Below, piece by piece: positions 1 to 7,012 of a DNA stretch of 64,000 nucleotides. Origin of the DNA: a virus (Duplodnaviria; Caudoviricetes); the IMG/VR virus record IMGVR_UViG_3300024331_000007, positions 64,001 through 128,000 of that record; one strand, 5' to 3'. The notes beneath the pieces were generated by a model that worked only from the letters and a program-made list of their open reading frames with translations, was not told the DNA's origin and made no database searches. Every line of letters starts with the position of its first letter. Within the stretch, counting starts at the first letter, position 1. The position numbers and the translations under genes were made by a program.

Positions 1-147
1 TACTCGGGGGTCATTAAATGATACTGGAGGACAGCCGTTATTGCGAAGGATGATCCATTCCCAATCAGTGTATGCTTGATCCAGTAACGATTGATAGGCT
101 TCTTTCAGAAAGACATCAGTGTGGGCGGGTGTAAAAACTGAAATCAT
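1..147 (-). CDS. Glycosyltransferase family 2 (GT-A) N-terminus, runs off the window edge
   Basis: Hand translation MISVFTPAHTDVFLKEAYQSLLDQAYTDWEWIILRNNG matches the GT2 start pattern; AAGGAG SD upstream; absent from the ORF track. Confidence 0.65.
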   Translation of the reverse strand, partial: MISVFTPAHTDVFLKEAYQSLLDQAYTDWEWIILRNNGCPPVSFNDPRV

Positions 148-214
148 TAACGTACTCCTTGCGTAGTCTACGATTATATATAAACATCAAAGACTACGCA
201 AGAAGAATGTTTGG

Positions 215-1126
215 TTATCCAATTATGCTTAGACTTGTTCCACAATCGCTGCAAAACTTATTTGTGGCTTTGTTAACACGACCACAAGTTACGCACTTTG
301 GCTTCACATCAACTGTGATTGGTTTTACAACTTTGGTTTCGCCGATTGCACCGATCAACTTCAGAACAATCACTTCAGATGATTCGCAAGCAAAATCCGA
401 GGCACGATAGAAAGTTTGGTTGCTTTCGCTACCCGGTACAGTAATTCCAGCTTTGTTTTCAGGCATTGAACACTGTGCGAGCATAACGCTCTGGTTCATC
501 TGAGCAGGAGCCGCGCTTTTTGTAAACTCTCCCATACTACGAGTTTGAGCACAGTTTACGGCTCCGAATATTTGGCCTGATTGAGCACCGCCCAACGATC
601 CAGACGAGGTAGTAGATGAAACCAATCCGCCTTGAATATTCGAATTATAGAATGTCCACTCGCTGCTCCACGATGGTGCTGGTGTGGTTGTGATTATAAC
701 AGGAGGATTGTACCACGGATGGTTGTGCCAGTAATCATAATGGTACTGATGAATGACAGTTTGTGGAGCTTTGTATATTTTTTCAAATTTATATTCAACA
801 CGAACCAAACCATCTTCTGCTTCAATGCCACGATGCTTTTCAATATTTGCTGTGCGTTCGATGAACTTGAACTTGTTTCCCTTTGAGAGATTGCCGTTCT
901 TGATCCAGCGTTCAAGGTCCAGCTTGCCGTTTGGTTGAAGGATCAACCATCCATCAGTGGCTTCCACACCATCAATAGACACACGTACTTGTGCTCTGAC
1001 GCTGTTCATATTTTTGAGTAGGATTGAATATTCTGATCCGAATGGAACTGCTACTTCTCCATCATTCTCACGAAGAACTTTTCCATTGGCTTTTATAGAC
1101 GTGACAAATTTACGATGATACATCAT
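215..1126 (-). CDS. Hypothetical protein with C-terminal double zinc ribbon
   Basis: 303 aa, SD AAGGAG, ends CVTCGRVNKATNKFCSDCG. Confidence 0.75.
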   Translation of the reverse strand: MMYHRKFVTSIKANGKVLRENDGEVAVPFGSEYSILLKNMNSVRAQVRVSIDGVEATDGWLILQPNGKLDLERWIKNGNLSKGNKFKFIERTANIEKHRGIEAEDGLVRVEYKFEKIYKAPQTVIHQYHYDYWHNHPWYNPPVIITTTPAPSWSSEWTFYNSNIQGGLVSSTTSSGSLGGAQSGQIFGAVNCAQTRSMGEFTKSAAPAQMNQSVMLAQCSMPENKAGITVPGSESNQTFYRASDFACESSEVIVLKLIGAIGETKVVKPITVDVKPKCVTCGRVNKATNKFCSDCGTSLSIIG

Positions 1127-1218
1127 TGTATTTCTCCTTTAACCGCCCACAGACTAAGAGCGCGAACAAATTTACAGCAAGCCTGTTTGGATATGATGGG
1201 TATTCCCATCAATGTTAT

Positions 1219-1725
1219 TTATGCTTGAAAATCTATGATTGGAGTAATTTTAGGAGCTTTATTTTTACCATATAATCTTTTGTTTTCTTTTTGCTGCGCT
1301 ATTGCCGCTACTTTCCGTGCTTCTCTTTCTTCGGATGTAAACTCTCCTCTTAGTTTTTGAACACGAACACCAATTATTCGTTGTCCCTTACGTCGATCTT
1401 CATAAACGTTAGAAAACGATGATAAAACCGAATCTAAGTTACCTTTTGGATACACTCGTGCTGATTCTGGTAAAAATCTAAAAAGTTTTTCAGCTTCATT
1501 ATCAATAAAACTAAACCATTCCCCGTTTACTTGGCAATATCTATACTTGTCGTGCAATTCCTTCTCTAGGGTATTATGATCTACCGCTCGCCAAACGCCG
1601 ATAATTTCTATTTTGAATGGAAGTAGAATACCGAGGTCTTTGATCCGAATTTCAGGTGTTCTTGACTTACCGATTTTGTACCATCTAAAAACTTTTGTTC
1701 CAATTAGATAAACGTAACCAGCCAT
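1219..1725 (-). CDS. GIY-YIG superfamily nuclease, T5orf172/MUG113-like
   Basis: YVYLIG...YKIGKS...LEKELH...NGEWF. Confidence 0.75.
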   Translation of the reverse strand: MAGYVYLIGTKVFRWYKIGKSRTPEIRIKDLGILLPFKIEIIGVWRAVDHNTLEKELHDKYRYCQVNGEWFSFIDNEAEKLFRFLPESARVYPKGNLDSVLSSFSNVYEDRRKGQRIIGVRVQKLRGEFTSEEREARKVAAIAQQKENKRLYGKNKAPKITPIIDFQA

Positions 1726-1779
1726 ATTTCCTCTTTAAAGTAATTTTTATAGATTAACATATACAACACACCTAGTCAA

Positions 1780-1806
1780 TAAAAAACGCATCCCGAAGGA
1801 TGCGTC
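1780..1806 (-). terminator. Intrinsic terminator
   Basis: Minus strand ACGCATCC-TTCG-GGATGCGT followed by a T run. Confidence 0.75.
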
Positions 1807-1982
1807 TTTGGATAAAATGAATTTTGGTTAGACGTGAATGGCGTTTCTGAACACAATTGCAAATACACATAACCAAATAAATGTTTGATAATATTACACC
1901 AAAGCAGACCACTTTTGCCACAAAGAATAGAAATGATAGCTACAACAAGATAGGTCATTGCAAATCCTTTCAAATCTTGAAA

Positions 1983-2273
1983 TTAGTCGCAGAGACTAAC
2001 TGAGCAGTTAATGATGAGCTTTTTAGCTGTGGTATCAACGTGGCTTACACGATCAGAATTAGAGGCACGAAGACGAGACTGTAGACTTTGGCTTTTGGTG
2101 CAGTGCTTACTGGCGTAAAAAGCCGCAATAATGGCCTCAGACACGGCAGGAGTAATATCGCCAGCATAGGCAATGTCAATGCTGTCCTGCCAATCATCTG
2201 TCCAAGCATGCTGCCTGTAAGAGCCTTCAACTTGCGTCCTAGTTGCCGTCAGGAGTTTTCCACCGAATGCCAT
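1983..2273 (-). CDS. Hypothetical early protein (start revised to MAFGGK)
   Basis: GAGAGGAA SD and a sigma70-like promoter directly upstream of ATG 2273. Confidence 0.7.
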   Translation of the reverse strand: MAFGGKLLTATRTQVEGSYRQHAWTDDWQDSIDIAYAGDITPAVSEAIIAAFYASKHCTKSQSLQSRLRASNSDRVSHVDTTAKKLIINCSVSLCD

Positions 2274-2298
2274 ATTGTTTCCTCTCACCAACAAATCT

Positions 2299-2327
2299 AG
2301 TATACCAAACTTCCGAATAAGAGTCAA
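2299..2327 (-). promoter_or_regulatory. Sigma70-like early promoter
   Basis: TTGACT-17 nt-TATACT with extended -10 TG. Confidence 0.8.
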
Positions 2328-2526
2328 GCAGAAAACGAAAATAGTTAGGTTAGACTCGAAAAATGGCTTCTGCAAGTTGTTGATTCCATTGGTTGAAAAA
2401 ATCTGTTTTGACTATTTTTTGATGGTTAAGGGTTTTTGACGTATCCTTGCTTGCTCAGCGTAATTATAAATTTGATAAATCCTTTAAAATGATGGAGTTG
2501 CAGGCAAAAATAACCAAAAATAGTTG

Positions 2527-2555
2527 TTGACGGCAACACGAAAATTTGGTATACT
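2527..2555 (+). promoter_or_regulatory. Sigma70-like early promoter of the small-ORF array operon
   Basis: TTGACG (2527-2532)-17 nt-TATACT (2550-2555), extended -10 TG; ATG 6 nt downstream with no SD. Confidence 0.8.
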
Positions 2556-2561
2556 TATTAC

Positions 2562-2903
2562 ATGGTTGAGAAAGACAAAACGACTGTGAAGCGCAAAAAG
2601 CGCACCGACCGTACTCACATCATCTATCGCCTTGCTGTTGCGAATATGGAGTACATTGGAATCACCGCCAAAACTCAATCGACGGTTTTGAAGTCTGTCC
2701 GTCTTCGTTTCGCGAAGCATGCAGAACGTGCCAGAAACGAAAACAAGCCGTGGCCTCTTTACAAGGCAATTAGGAAGTTTGGAATTGACCAGTTTGAACT
2801 GGAAATCGTTGAAATTCTCCGTGGCAAGGCTGCTGCTCATGCTCGCGAAGTTGAGCTAATCAAGGTTCGCAATCCCAAACTTAATCTGGCGAGTGCAAAA
2901 TGA
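2562..2903 (+). CDS. Small GIY-YIG nuclease-like protein, first gene of the array operon
   Basis: HIIY...YIGIT...RFAKH...LYKAIRKFG...REVELI...LN pattern. Confidence 0.7.
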   Translation: MVEKDKTTVKRKKRTDRTHIIYRLAVANMEYIGITAKTQSTVLKSVRLRFAKHAERARNENKPWPLYKAIRKFGIDQFELEIVEILRGKAAAHAREVELIKVRNPKLNLASAK

Positions 2904-3115
2904 AAGTTGGCGATTGTGGTTGGGTAAAAATTCATGCTGACATGACTCAGAAATCTTTTGGTCAGATTGTCACTATTGTAACGGGTGGTGCTGTTACTGT
3001 TTTTCTTGTTCGATCTTCTTACCATCACGGCGCAATTGCTCCTTATTTTGAGGACGAGTTTGAATTGATAGAAAATGAAGGCGAAGCAATGGCTTTACTT
3101 TTGGAGTATGCATGA
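2900..3115 (+). CDS. Array member 1, SH3/KOW-like (MKVGD) with tail GEAMALLLEYA
   Basis: ATGA overlaps at both ends; shared tail. Confidence 0.8.
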   Translation: MKVGDCGWVKIHADMTQKSFGQIVTIVTGGAVTVFLVRSSYHHGAIAPYFEDEFELIENEGEAMALLLEYA

Positions 3116-3366
3116 TAGATAAAAATGGTCATGCGCTATCTATCGGTGATTGGGTAAAGTTCCGTCCCTCCGAAAAATTCCAAATCTATTTTGGAGAAAT
3201 TGTCGGAACGTGGCAGGGTCAAGAGTTCAATAAAGTTGGCGTGTGCGTTCGTGTTATTAATTATCCTCACCCACCTCAAAAAGATGGAACTTGGCATATG
3301 TATGATGCTTCCATGACATTCTTGACCAAAGAGCAATTATTGTTGGAACTTTTGGAGAACGCATGA
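3112..3366 (+). CDS. Array member 2, YopX-like start (DKNG...IGDWV) with tail KEQLLLELLENA
   Basis: SD GGAG inside previous tail; ATGA overlap. Confidence 0.8.
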   Translation: MIDKNGHALSIGDWVKFRPSEKFQIYFGEIVGTWQGQEFNKVGVCVRVINYPHPPQKDGTWHMYDASMTFLTKEQLLLELLENA

Positions 3367-3587
3367 CTGAGTGGCAGGGTTTTGAACTTCCAGATGGATC
3401 ATTGATTCGGTATCGTGACAATGGCGACGAACGTATTGGATCGATATTCACTAATATGTATCACCAGAAACAATTTTTAGACATAAACCCAAAAGCCAAA
3501 ATGTCAAATTGGAACATATCGCAATGGGAAATGTATTCAATAGCAACAGAAGCCGACGCAATGCTTTATTTGTTGGAGAACGTATGA
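3363..3587 (+). CDS. Array member 3, LPxG type, tail TEADAMLYLLENV
   Basis: ATGA overlap; shared tail. Confidence 0.8.
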   Translation: MTEWQGFELPDGSLIRYRDNGDERIGSIFTNMYHQKQFLDINPKAKMSNWNISQWEMYSIATEADAMLYLLENV

Positions 3588-3814
3588 CGAGCGCAGAATT
3601 TAAATCGCTGAAGCCGAATATGATTGTCTATCATGTTGAGGGAGGCAAAAAGGTTTTCGGTCATGTGTCTGCGATATATCGCGCCTATCCAAACCTTTTA
3701 GGTTTCAGTAGATTTAAAGATGCGTGGGCATCTTGGATTCCAATAGACGATCCAAAAGATTTTCATATGGCATCAGAAGCCGAATCTTTTTTGTGGAAGC
3801 TGGAGAACGCATGA
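3584..3814 (+). CDS. Array member 4 (start revised to MTSAEF), tail SEAESFLWKLENA
   Basis: ATG at 3584 overlaps previous TGA after GGAG. Confidence 0.8.
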   Translation: MTSAEFKSLKPNMIVYHVEGGKKVFGHVSAIYRAYPNLLGFSRFKDAWASWIPIDDPKDFHMASEAESFLWKLENA

Positions 3815-4047
3815 GCACATTGATTGGTCAAGATCGTAACGGACAATTGGTTGAGGTTGGCGATATTGTTCTGGTCATAGATCAGGAGATTCCAATTGAA
3901 TTGGCAGTCATTCTTGATTTTCAGTATCCATTTACGGACCCGATTGTTCTAAAATTTGCAGATGGTTCTGAAGTTCATAGGCAATCGGCAGAAATTGAGA
4001 AGGTTTCAAATGAAAAAGCTGTGTTGTGGAAGCTGGAGAATCTATGA
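3811..4047 (+). CDS. Array member 5 (start revised to MSTLIG), YopX-like DRNG...VGDIV, tail SNEKAVLWKLENL
   Basis: ATGA overlap after GGAG. Confidence 0.8.
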   Translation: MSTLIGQDRNGQLVEVGDIVLVIDQEIPIELAVILDFQYPFTDPIVLKFADGSEVHRQSAEIEKVSNEKAVLWKLENL

Positions 4048-4262
4048 TTAACCTTAATATGCTCCCAGATGGAACACTCCTTTGGTACGAACAAAACGAA
4101 GACAAGATTTTGGGAACATATTCCAAGAACACTGGCGAGTTTGTTGTTAGAGGGGTAGTTGATTCTCGTACAAATGATGCGTGGCCTATCAGGAATTTAT
4201 CAATGTATCGTATTGCGACTGAATCAGAAGAGATGATGTTGTACATGTTGGAGAACGCATGA
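4044..4262 (+). CDS. Array member 6 (start revised to MINLNM), LPDG type, tail TESEEMMLYMLENA
   Basis: ATGA overlap after GGAG. Confidence 0.8.
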   Translation: MINLNMLPDGTLLWYEQNEDKILGTYSKNTGEFVVRGVVDSRTNDAWPIRNLSMYRIATESEEMMLYMLENA

Positions 4263-4438
4263 ATCTACTTGGACGAATCGTACTGGACATTTTCGTGTTT
4301 GGGTTTCCTGTGCTTGCCATCGTTGGATTTGCCGCAGGCTGGAGAATTGTGAAAGTCGGCGGGCCAAAATTTGATCGTGAAGTGAAAGACTTTTTCACGT
4401 CCAAGGAAAAGTTGATGCTCAGAAAGTTGGAGTCATGA
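4259..4438 (+). CDS. Array member 7, 59 aa single-pass membrane protein with tail SKEKLMLRKLES
   Basis: Hand translation MNLLGRIVLDIFVFGFPVLAIVGFAAGWRIVKVGGPKFDREVKDFFTSKEKLMLRKLES; below the ORF track cutoff; ATGA overlaps at both ends. Confidence 0.8.
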   Translation: MNLLGRIVLDIFVFGFPVLAIVGFAAGWRIVKVGGPKFDREVKDFFTSKEKLMLRKLES

Positions 4439-4641
4439 ATATTGGTGATTACGTTAGGGTGCATTTGGAAACCGAGGCGAGGATTCGTGTTGGACGTATA
4501 GAAGAAATTGAAAAATACAGTGAATGCGCGTTTCCATATTACGTTCGATTCTCCGCCAGCAGAACTTGCTCTTGCTCGCGGAATGAACTAGAGATAATGT
4601 CTGAAGCTGAAGCAATGCTATACATGTTGGAGAACGTATGA
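4435..4641 (+). CDS. Array member 8, KOW/SH3-like (MNIGDYV), tail SEAEAMLYMLENV
   Basis: Clear paralog of 5650-5859. Confidence 0.85.
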   Translation: MNIGDYVRVHLETEARIRVGRIEEIEKYSECAFPYYVRFSASRTCSCSRNELEIMSEAEAMLYMLENV

Positions 4642-4829
4642 AGATCGGTGATTTGGTTTACGTATTGTTAGACCACAAACATCCAGTTGTGGGGGAAATT
4701 ATTTCCCTTGAGCCTGAGATTCGACTGAGGAATCTGTATGGACGAGAAGCTCCGTTGTTCTCTACAAGAGATACAATTAGGTTATTGACAGACGGCGAAG
4801 CGATGCTCTACAAACTGGAGAACGCATGA
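4638..4829 (+). CDS. Array member 9, KOW/SH3-like (MKIGDLV), tail TDGEAMLYKLENA
   Basis: ATGA overlap; shared tail. Confidence 0.85.
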   Translation: MKIGDLVYVLLDHKHPVVGEIISLEPEIRLRNLYGREAPLFSTRDTIRLLTDGEAMLYKLENA

Positions 4830-5020
4830 ATCCGAAGATTGGAGATTTTGTTCGAATTAAACAAACTGGAGAAGTTGGGCTTATTGTTAATTTGTTTCCA
4901 AAGGCCCGATACCCATTTTTGATTAATACTCAATCTATTGGTAATAACATGTATATGGAACGTGAGTTTCAATTTGCCACAAACGAAGAGGCCATGTTAT
5001 ACAAACTGGAGAACGCATGA
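4826..5020 (+). CDS. Array member 10, KOW/SH3-like (KIGDFV), tail TNEEAMLYKLENA
   Basis: ATGA overlap; shared tail. Confidence 0.85.
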   Translation: MNPKIGDFVRIKQTGEVGLIVNLFPKARYPFLINTQSIGNNMYMEREFQFATNEEAMLYKLENA

Positions 5021-5241
5021 AAAGAAAAACAAAGGTCGGTGACATAATTAGATTGTCATTCGCAGATTCGTCCATACTGCCAAGAATCGGACAGGTTGTT
5101 GATAAGAGAAAAACATTTTTCATCGTTGAAATTAATAAATGGAGATGGCTTGTAAAGCATACCGCTTATGGAGGGAAAAGATATTACATTACTCATTTGA
5201 CGGACGAAGAGGCGATGTTGTACAAGTTGGAGGATGCATAA
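5017..5241 (+). CDS. Array member 11, KOW/SH3-like (KVGDII), tail TDEEAMLYKLEDA
   Basis: ATGA overlap at start, TAATG overlap at end. Confidence 0.85.
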   Translation: MKRKTKVGDIIRLSFADSSILPRIGQVVDKRKTFFIVEINKWRWLVKHTAYGGKRYYITHLTDEEAMLYKLEDA

Positions 5242-5417
5242 TGTTTAAGGTCGGTGATTACGTTCGAATTTTGACGGGGCCGCGAAAAGGTATGATCGGT
5301 GAAATAACATCCACATATGGAAGTGGTATGTATGTTCATCCATTCTACATGTATCCATTCGAAGTCGAATACGTTTCACCCGAAGAAGCAATGGTCTACA
5401 AACTGGAGAACGCATGA
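5241..5417 (+). CDS. Array member 12 (start revised to MFKVGD), KOW motif protein, tail SPEEAMVYKLENA
   Basis: VGDYVRILTGPRKGMIGEI is a canonical KOW motif. Confidence 0.85.
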   Translation: MFKVGDYVRILTGPRKGMIGEITSTYGSGMYVHPFYMYPFEVEYVSPEEAMVYKLENA

Positions 5418-5653
5418 GGAAAGAAGACGGACTTGCGTTGCCAGAGGGAACGTTTTTATTTTACGATAATCCTCGTCTTGGAAGAAGTTGGTACGGTACT
5501 CTTCGTTTTGAGAGAGATCAGTATGGACAGATTGAGCCTTCGTTCGAATGGACGAGGAACGGTGATAAAAAATTCTGGCCGTTGAGGGCATGGAAATTAT
5601 ATCGTCTCGCCACTGATGAAGAAGTTATGCTATACCTTTTGGAGAACGCATGA
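5414..5653 (+). CDS. Array member 13, LPEG type, tail TDEEVMLYLLENA
   Basis: ATGA overlap; shared tail. Confidence 0.85.
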   Translation: MRKEDGLALPEGTFLFYDNPRLGRSWYGTLRFERDQYGQIEPSFEWTRNGDKKFWPLRAWKLYRLATDEEVMLYLLENA

Positions 5654-5859
5654 AGATTGGTGATTACGTCAAAGTCAAGCTGGAAATTTCCAAGCAGGTT
5701 CGAGTTGGCCGCATTGACTGTATTTTGAATAGTGGACTCTTTCATGAATATCCGATTCGTGTTGCATTTCCAGATGCAAAATTTTGTTCATGTACTCGGA
5801 ATGAAGTGAAGATTATCTCAAATGAAGAAGCAATGCTTTGGATGTTGGAGAACGCATGA
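5650..5859 (+). CDS. Array member 14, KOW/SH3-like (MKIGDYV), tail SNEEAMLWMLENA
   Basis: Paralog of 4435-4641 (VRVGRI...CSCxRNE). Confidence 0.85.
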   Translation: MKIGDYVKVKLEISKQVRVGRIDCILNSGLFHEYPIRVAFPDAKFCSCTRNEVKIISNEEAMLWMLENA

Positions 5860-6089
5860 AAGAAATAGATGCCAAGCAGCTTCCAAAAGATGCTACAATT
5901 TTTTATAATCAGGGTGGTCGTAGCAGAGCTTTTGGTTATATAGAGAAAAAAGATGGAGTATTCTATTTCATTCCAGCGTATTTTAGAGATAGCGATGTCG
6001 ATTTAAATCGATGGCGCATTTCTGCATGGTATGCCTACGAAGTAATGTCCACAGAAGAATTTGTTCTTTGGAGATTGGAGAACGCATGA
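5856..6089 (+). CDS. Array member 15 (start revised to MKEIDA), LP type, tail STEEFVLWRLENA
   Basis: ATGA overlap after GGAG. Confidence 0.8.
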   Translation: MKEIDAKQLPKDATIFYNQGGRSRAFGYIEKKDGVFYFIPAYFRDSDVDLNRWRISAWYAYEVMSTEEFVLWRLENA

Positions 6090-6295
6090 CATTCGATGAT
6101 ATGTGTGAACTCGAAGAAGGCACTGTTTTGTGGTGTGAAAATACTAATTGCCCTATACTTGGAAAATTGCATTTTCATAACGGCAACGAGCCGATGTTTC
6201 AACACAATTCAGTGGGATGGCTGATCAGAGATGCACATTTATATTCAGTTGCCACCGACGAAGAGGCCATGTTATACACATTGGAGAACGCATGA
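6086..6295 (+). CDS. Array member 16 (start revised to MTFDDM), LEEGT type, tail TDEEAMLYTLENA
   Basis: ATGA overlap after GGAG. Confidence 0.8.
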   Translation: MTFDDMCELEEGTVLWCENTNCPILGKLHFHNGNEPMFQHNSVGWLIRDAHLYSVATDEEAMLYTLENA

Positions 6296-6513
6296 CAAAG
6301 GAAGAAATTTGGAGTCTCCCCTCAGGATCATATCTCTGTTGTACAAATATGTTTGGTGATGCAAGGTTTGGACGGATTCGAAAGAGAAAAGATGCAAGAA
6401 TCTTTCATACTTTGACAGGGGATAGCAAGCCATTGTCATTTAAAATTAGCAGATTTGATTATTATCGCGTAGCTTCAAAAGAAGAATACGTTCTGTGGAG
6501 ACTTGAACGATGA
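6292..6513 (+). CDS. Array member 17 (start revised to MTKEEI), LPSG type, tail SKEEYVLWRLER
   Basis: ATGA overlap after GGAG. Confidence 0.8.
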   Translation: MTKEEIWSLPSGSYLCCTNMFGDARFGRIRKRKDARIFHTLTGDSKPLSFKISRFDYYRVASKEEYVLWRLER

Positions 6514-6959
6514 CTAAATCTCCGCTGGATTTTGAAACCATCGAGGAAGCCGAAGAGTTTATTCGAGGAGTTGAGGATTTAAATTTTCTTCCTGAAGATT
6601 TACAAATCATAGCTGTACTCGGCGATCATCATAGTTATGAAAAAATCGTTAATCCAACCGAAAAGGTTAAGTTGGCTGCTGTAATGGGGTTTGGTCGGAA
6701 TATTTTCTTCATGAAAGACCCCAGCGAAGAAATTTGTCAAACAGCGGTTTCAAATGATGGAGATGTAATCAAGTACATCAAGAATCCATCGCTGGAAACG
6801 CAACTCATCGCTGTTGCTAAAAGACCGTTGGCAATTGCATGGCTCAAAAATCCATGTGAGGAAGTTCAACTTGCGGCTATACACAAAGACAGCCGCGTGA
6901 TTGCTCACATAAATAATCCAACCGAAAATGCATTGATGTTGGCCAAACTAATAAACTAA
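6510..6959 (+). CDS. Helical repeat protein, DUF4116-like; last gene of the array operon
   Basis: Repeats of the form NP[ST]ExxQLxAV...xxIxyIxN. Confidence 0.65.
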   Translation: MTKSPLDFETIEEAEEFIRGVEDLNFLPEDLQIIAVLGDHHSYEKIVNPTEKVKLAAVMGFGRNIFFMKDPSEEICQTAVSNDGDVIKYIKNPSLETQLIAVAKRPLAIAWLKNPCEEVQLAAIHKDSRVIAHINNPTENALMLAKLIN

Positions 6960-6997
6960 AAATGCTCCCTAAACTCAATCAGTTTAGGGAGCATTTT
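6959..6997. terminator. Probable bidirectional terminator
   Basis: Perfect 14 bp inverted repeat AATGCTCCCTAAAC / GTTTAGGGAGCATT between convergent genes. Confidence 0.8.
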
Positions 6998-7012
6998 CGG
7001 TTTATGTGCTAG

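Larger units (their letters stand above)
3101..6513 (+). repeat. Dispersed 15 nt junction repeat YTGGAGAACGCATGA, period about 180-255 nt
   Basis: Exact copies at 3352, 3800, 4248, 4815, 5006, 5403, 5639, 5845, 6075, 6281; GTATGA variants at 3573 and 4627; degenerate copies at 3101, 4033, 4427, 5227 and about 6500. Confidence 0.9.

Noticed and set aside
1127-1218. Possible structured leader upstream of the 215-1126 gene resembling the four-copy motif
   Set aside because: Has hairpins (GATGGG/CCCATC; CGCTC/GGGCG) and a CGCG, but lacks the P1/P2 order, CAGC and M-x-I-Y start; not counted.
1776-1973. 65 aa minus-strand ORF
   Set aside because: Runs through a clear terminator hairpin and its true extent is uncertain; not listed as a CDS.
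3101-6513. CRISPR array interpretation of the periodic 15 nt repeat
   Set aside because: Spacers are 165-240 nt, variable and fully protein-coding; repeat is too short, not palindromic, and no cas genes are present.
2562-6959. Shufflon, integron or diversity-generating retroelement
   Set aside because: Units are all co-oriented, no attC-like hairpins, no tyrosine/serine recombinase or reverse transcriptase, and no template/variable repeat pair with A-specific mismatches in the window.
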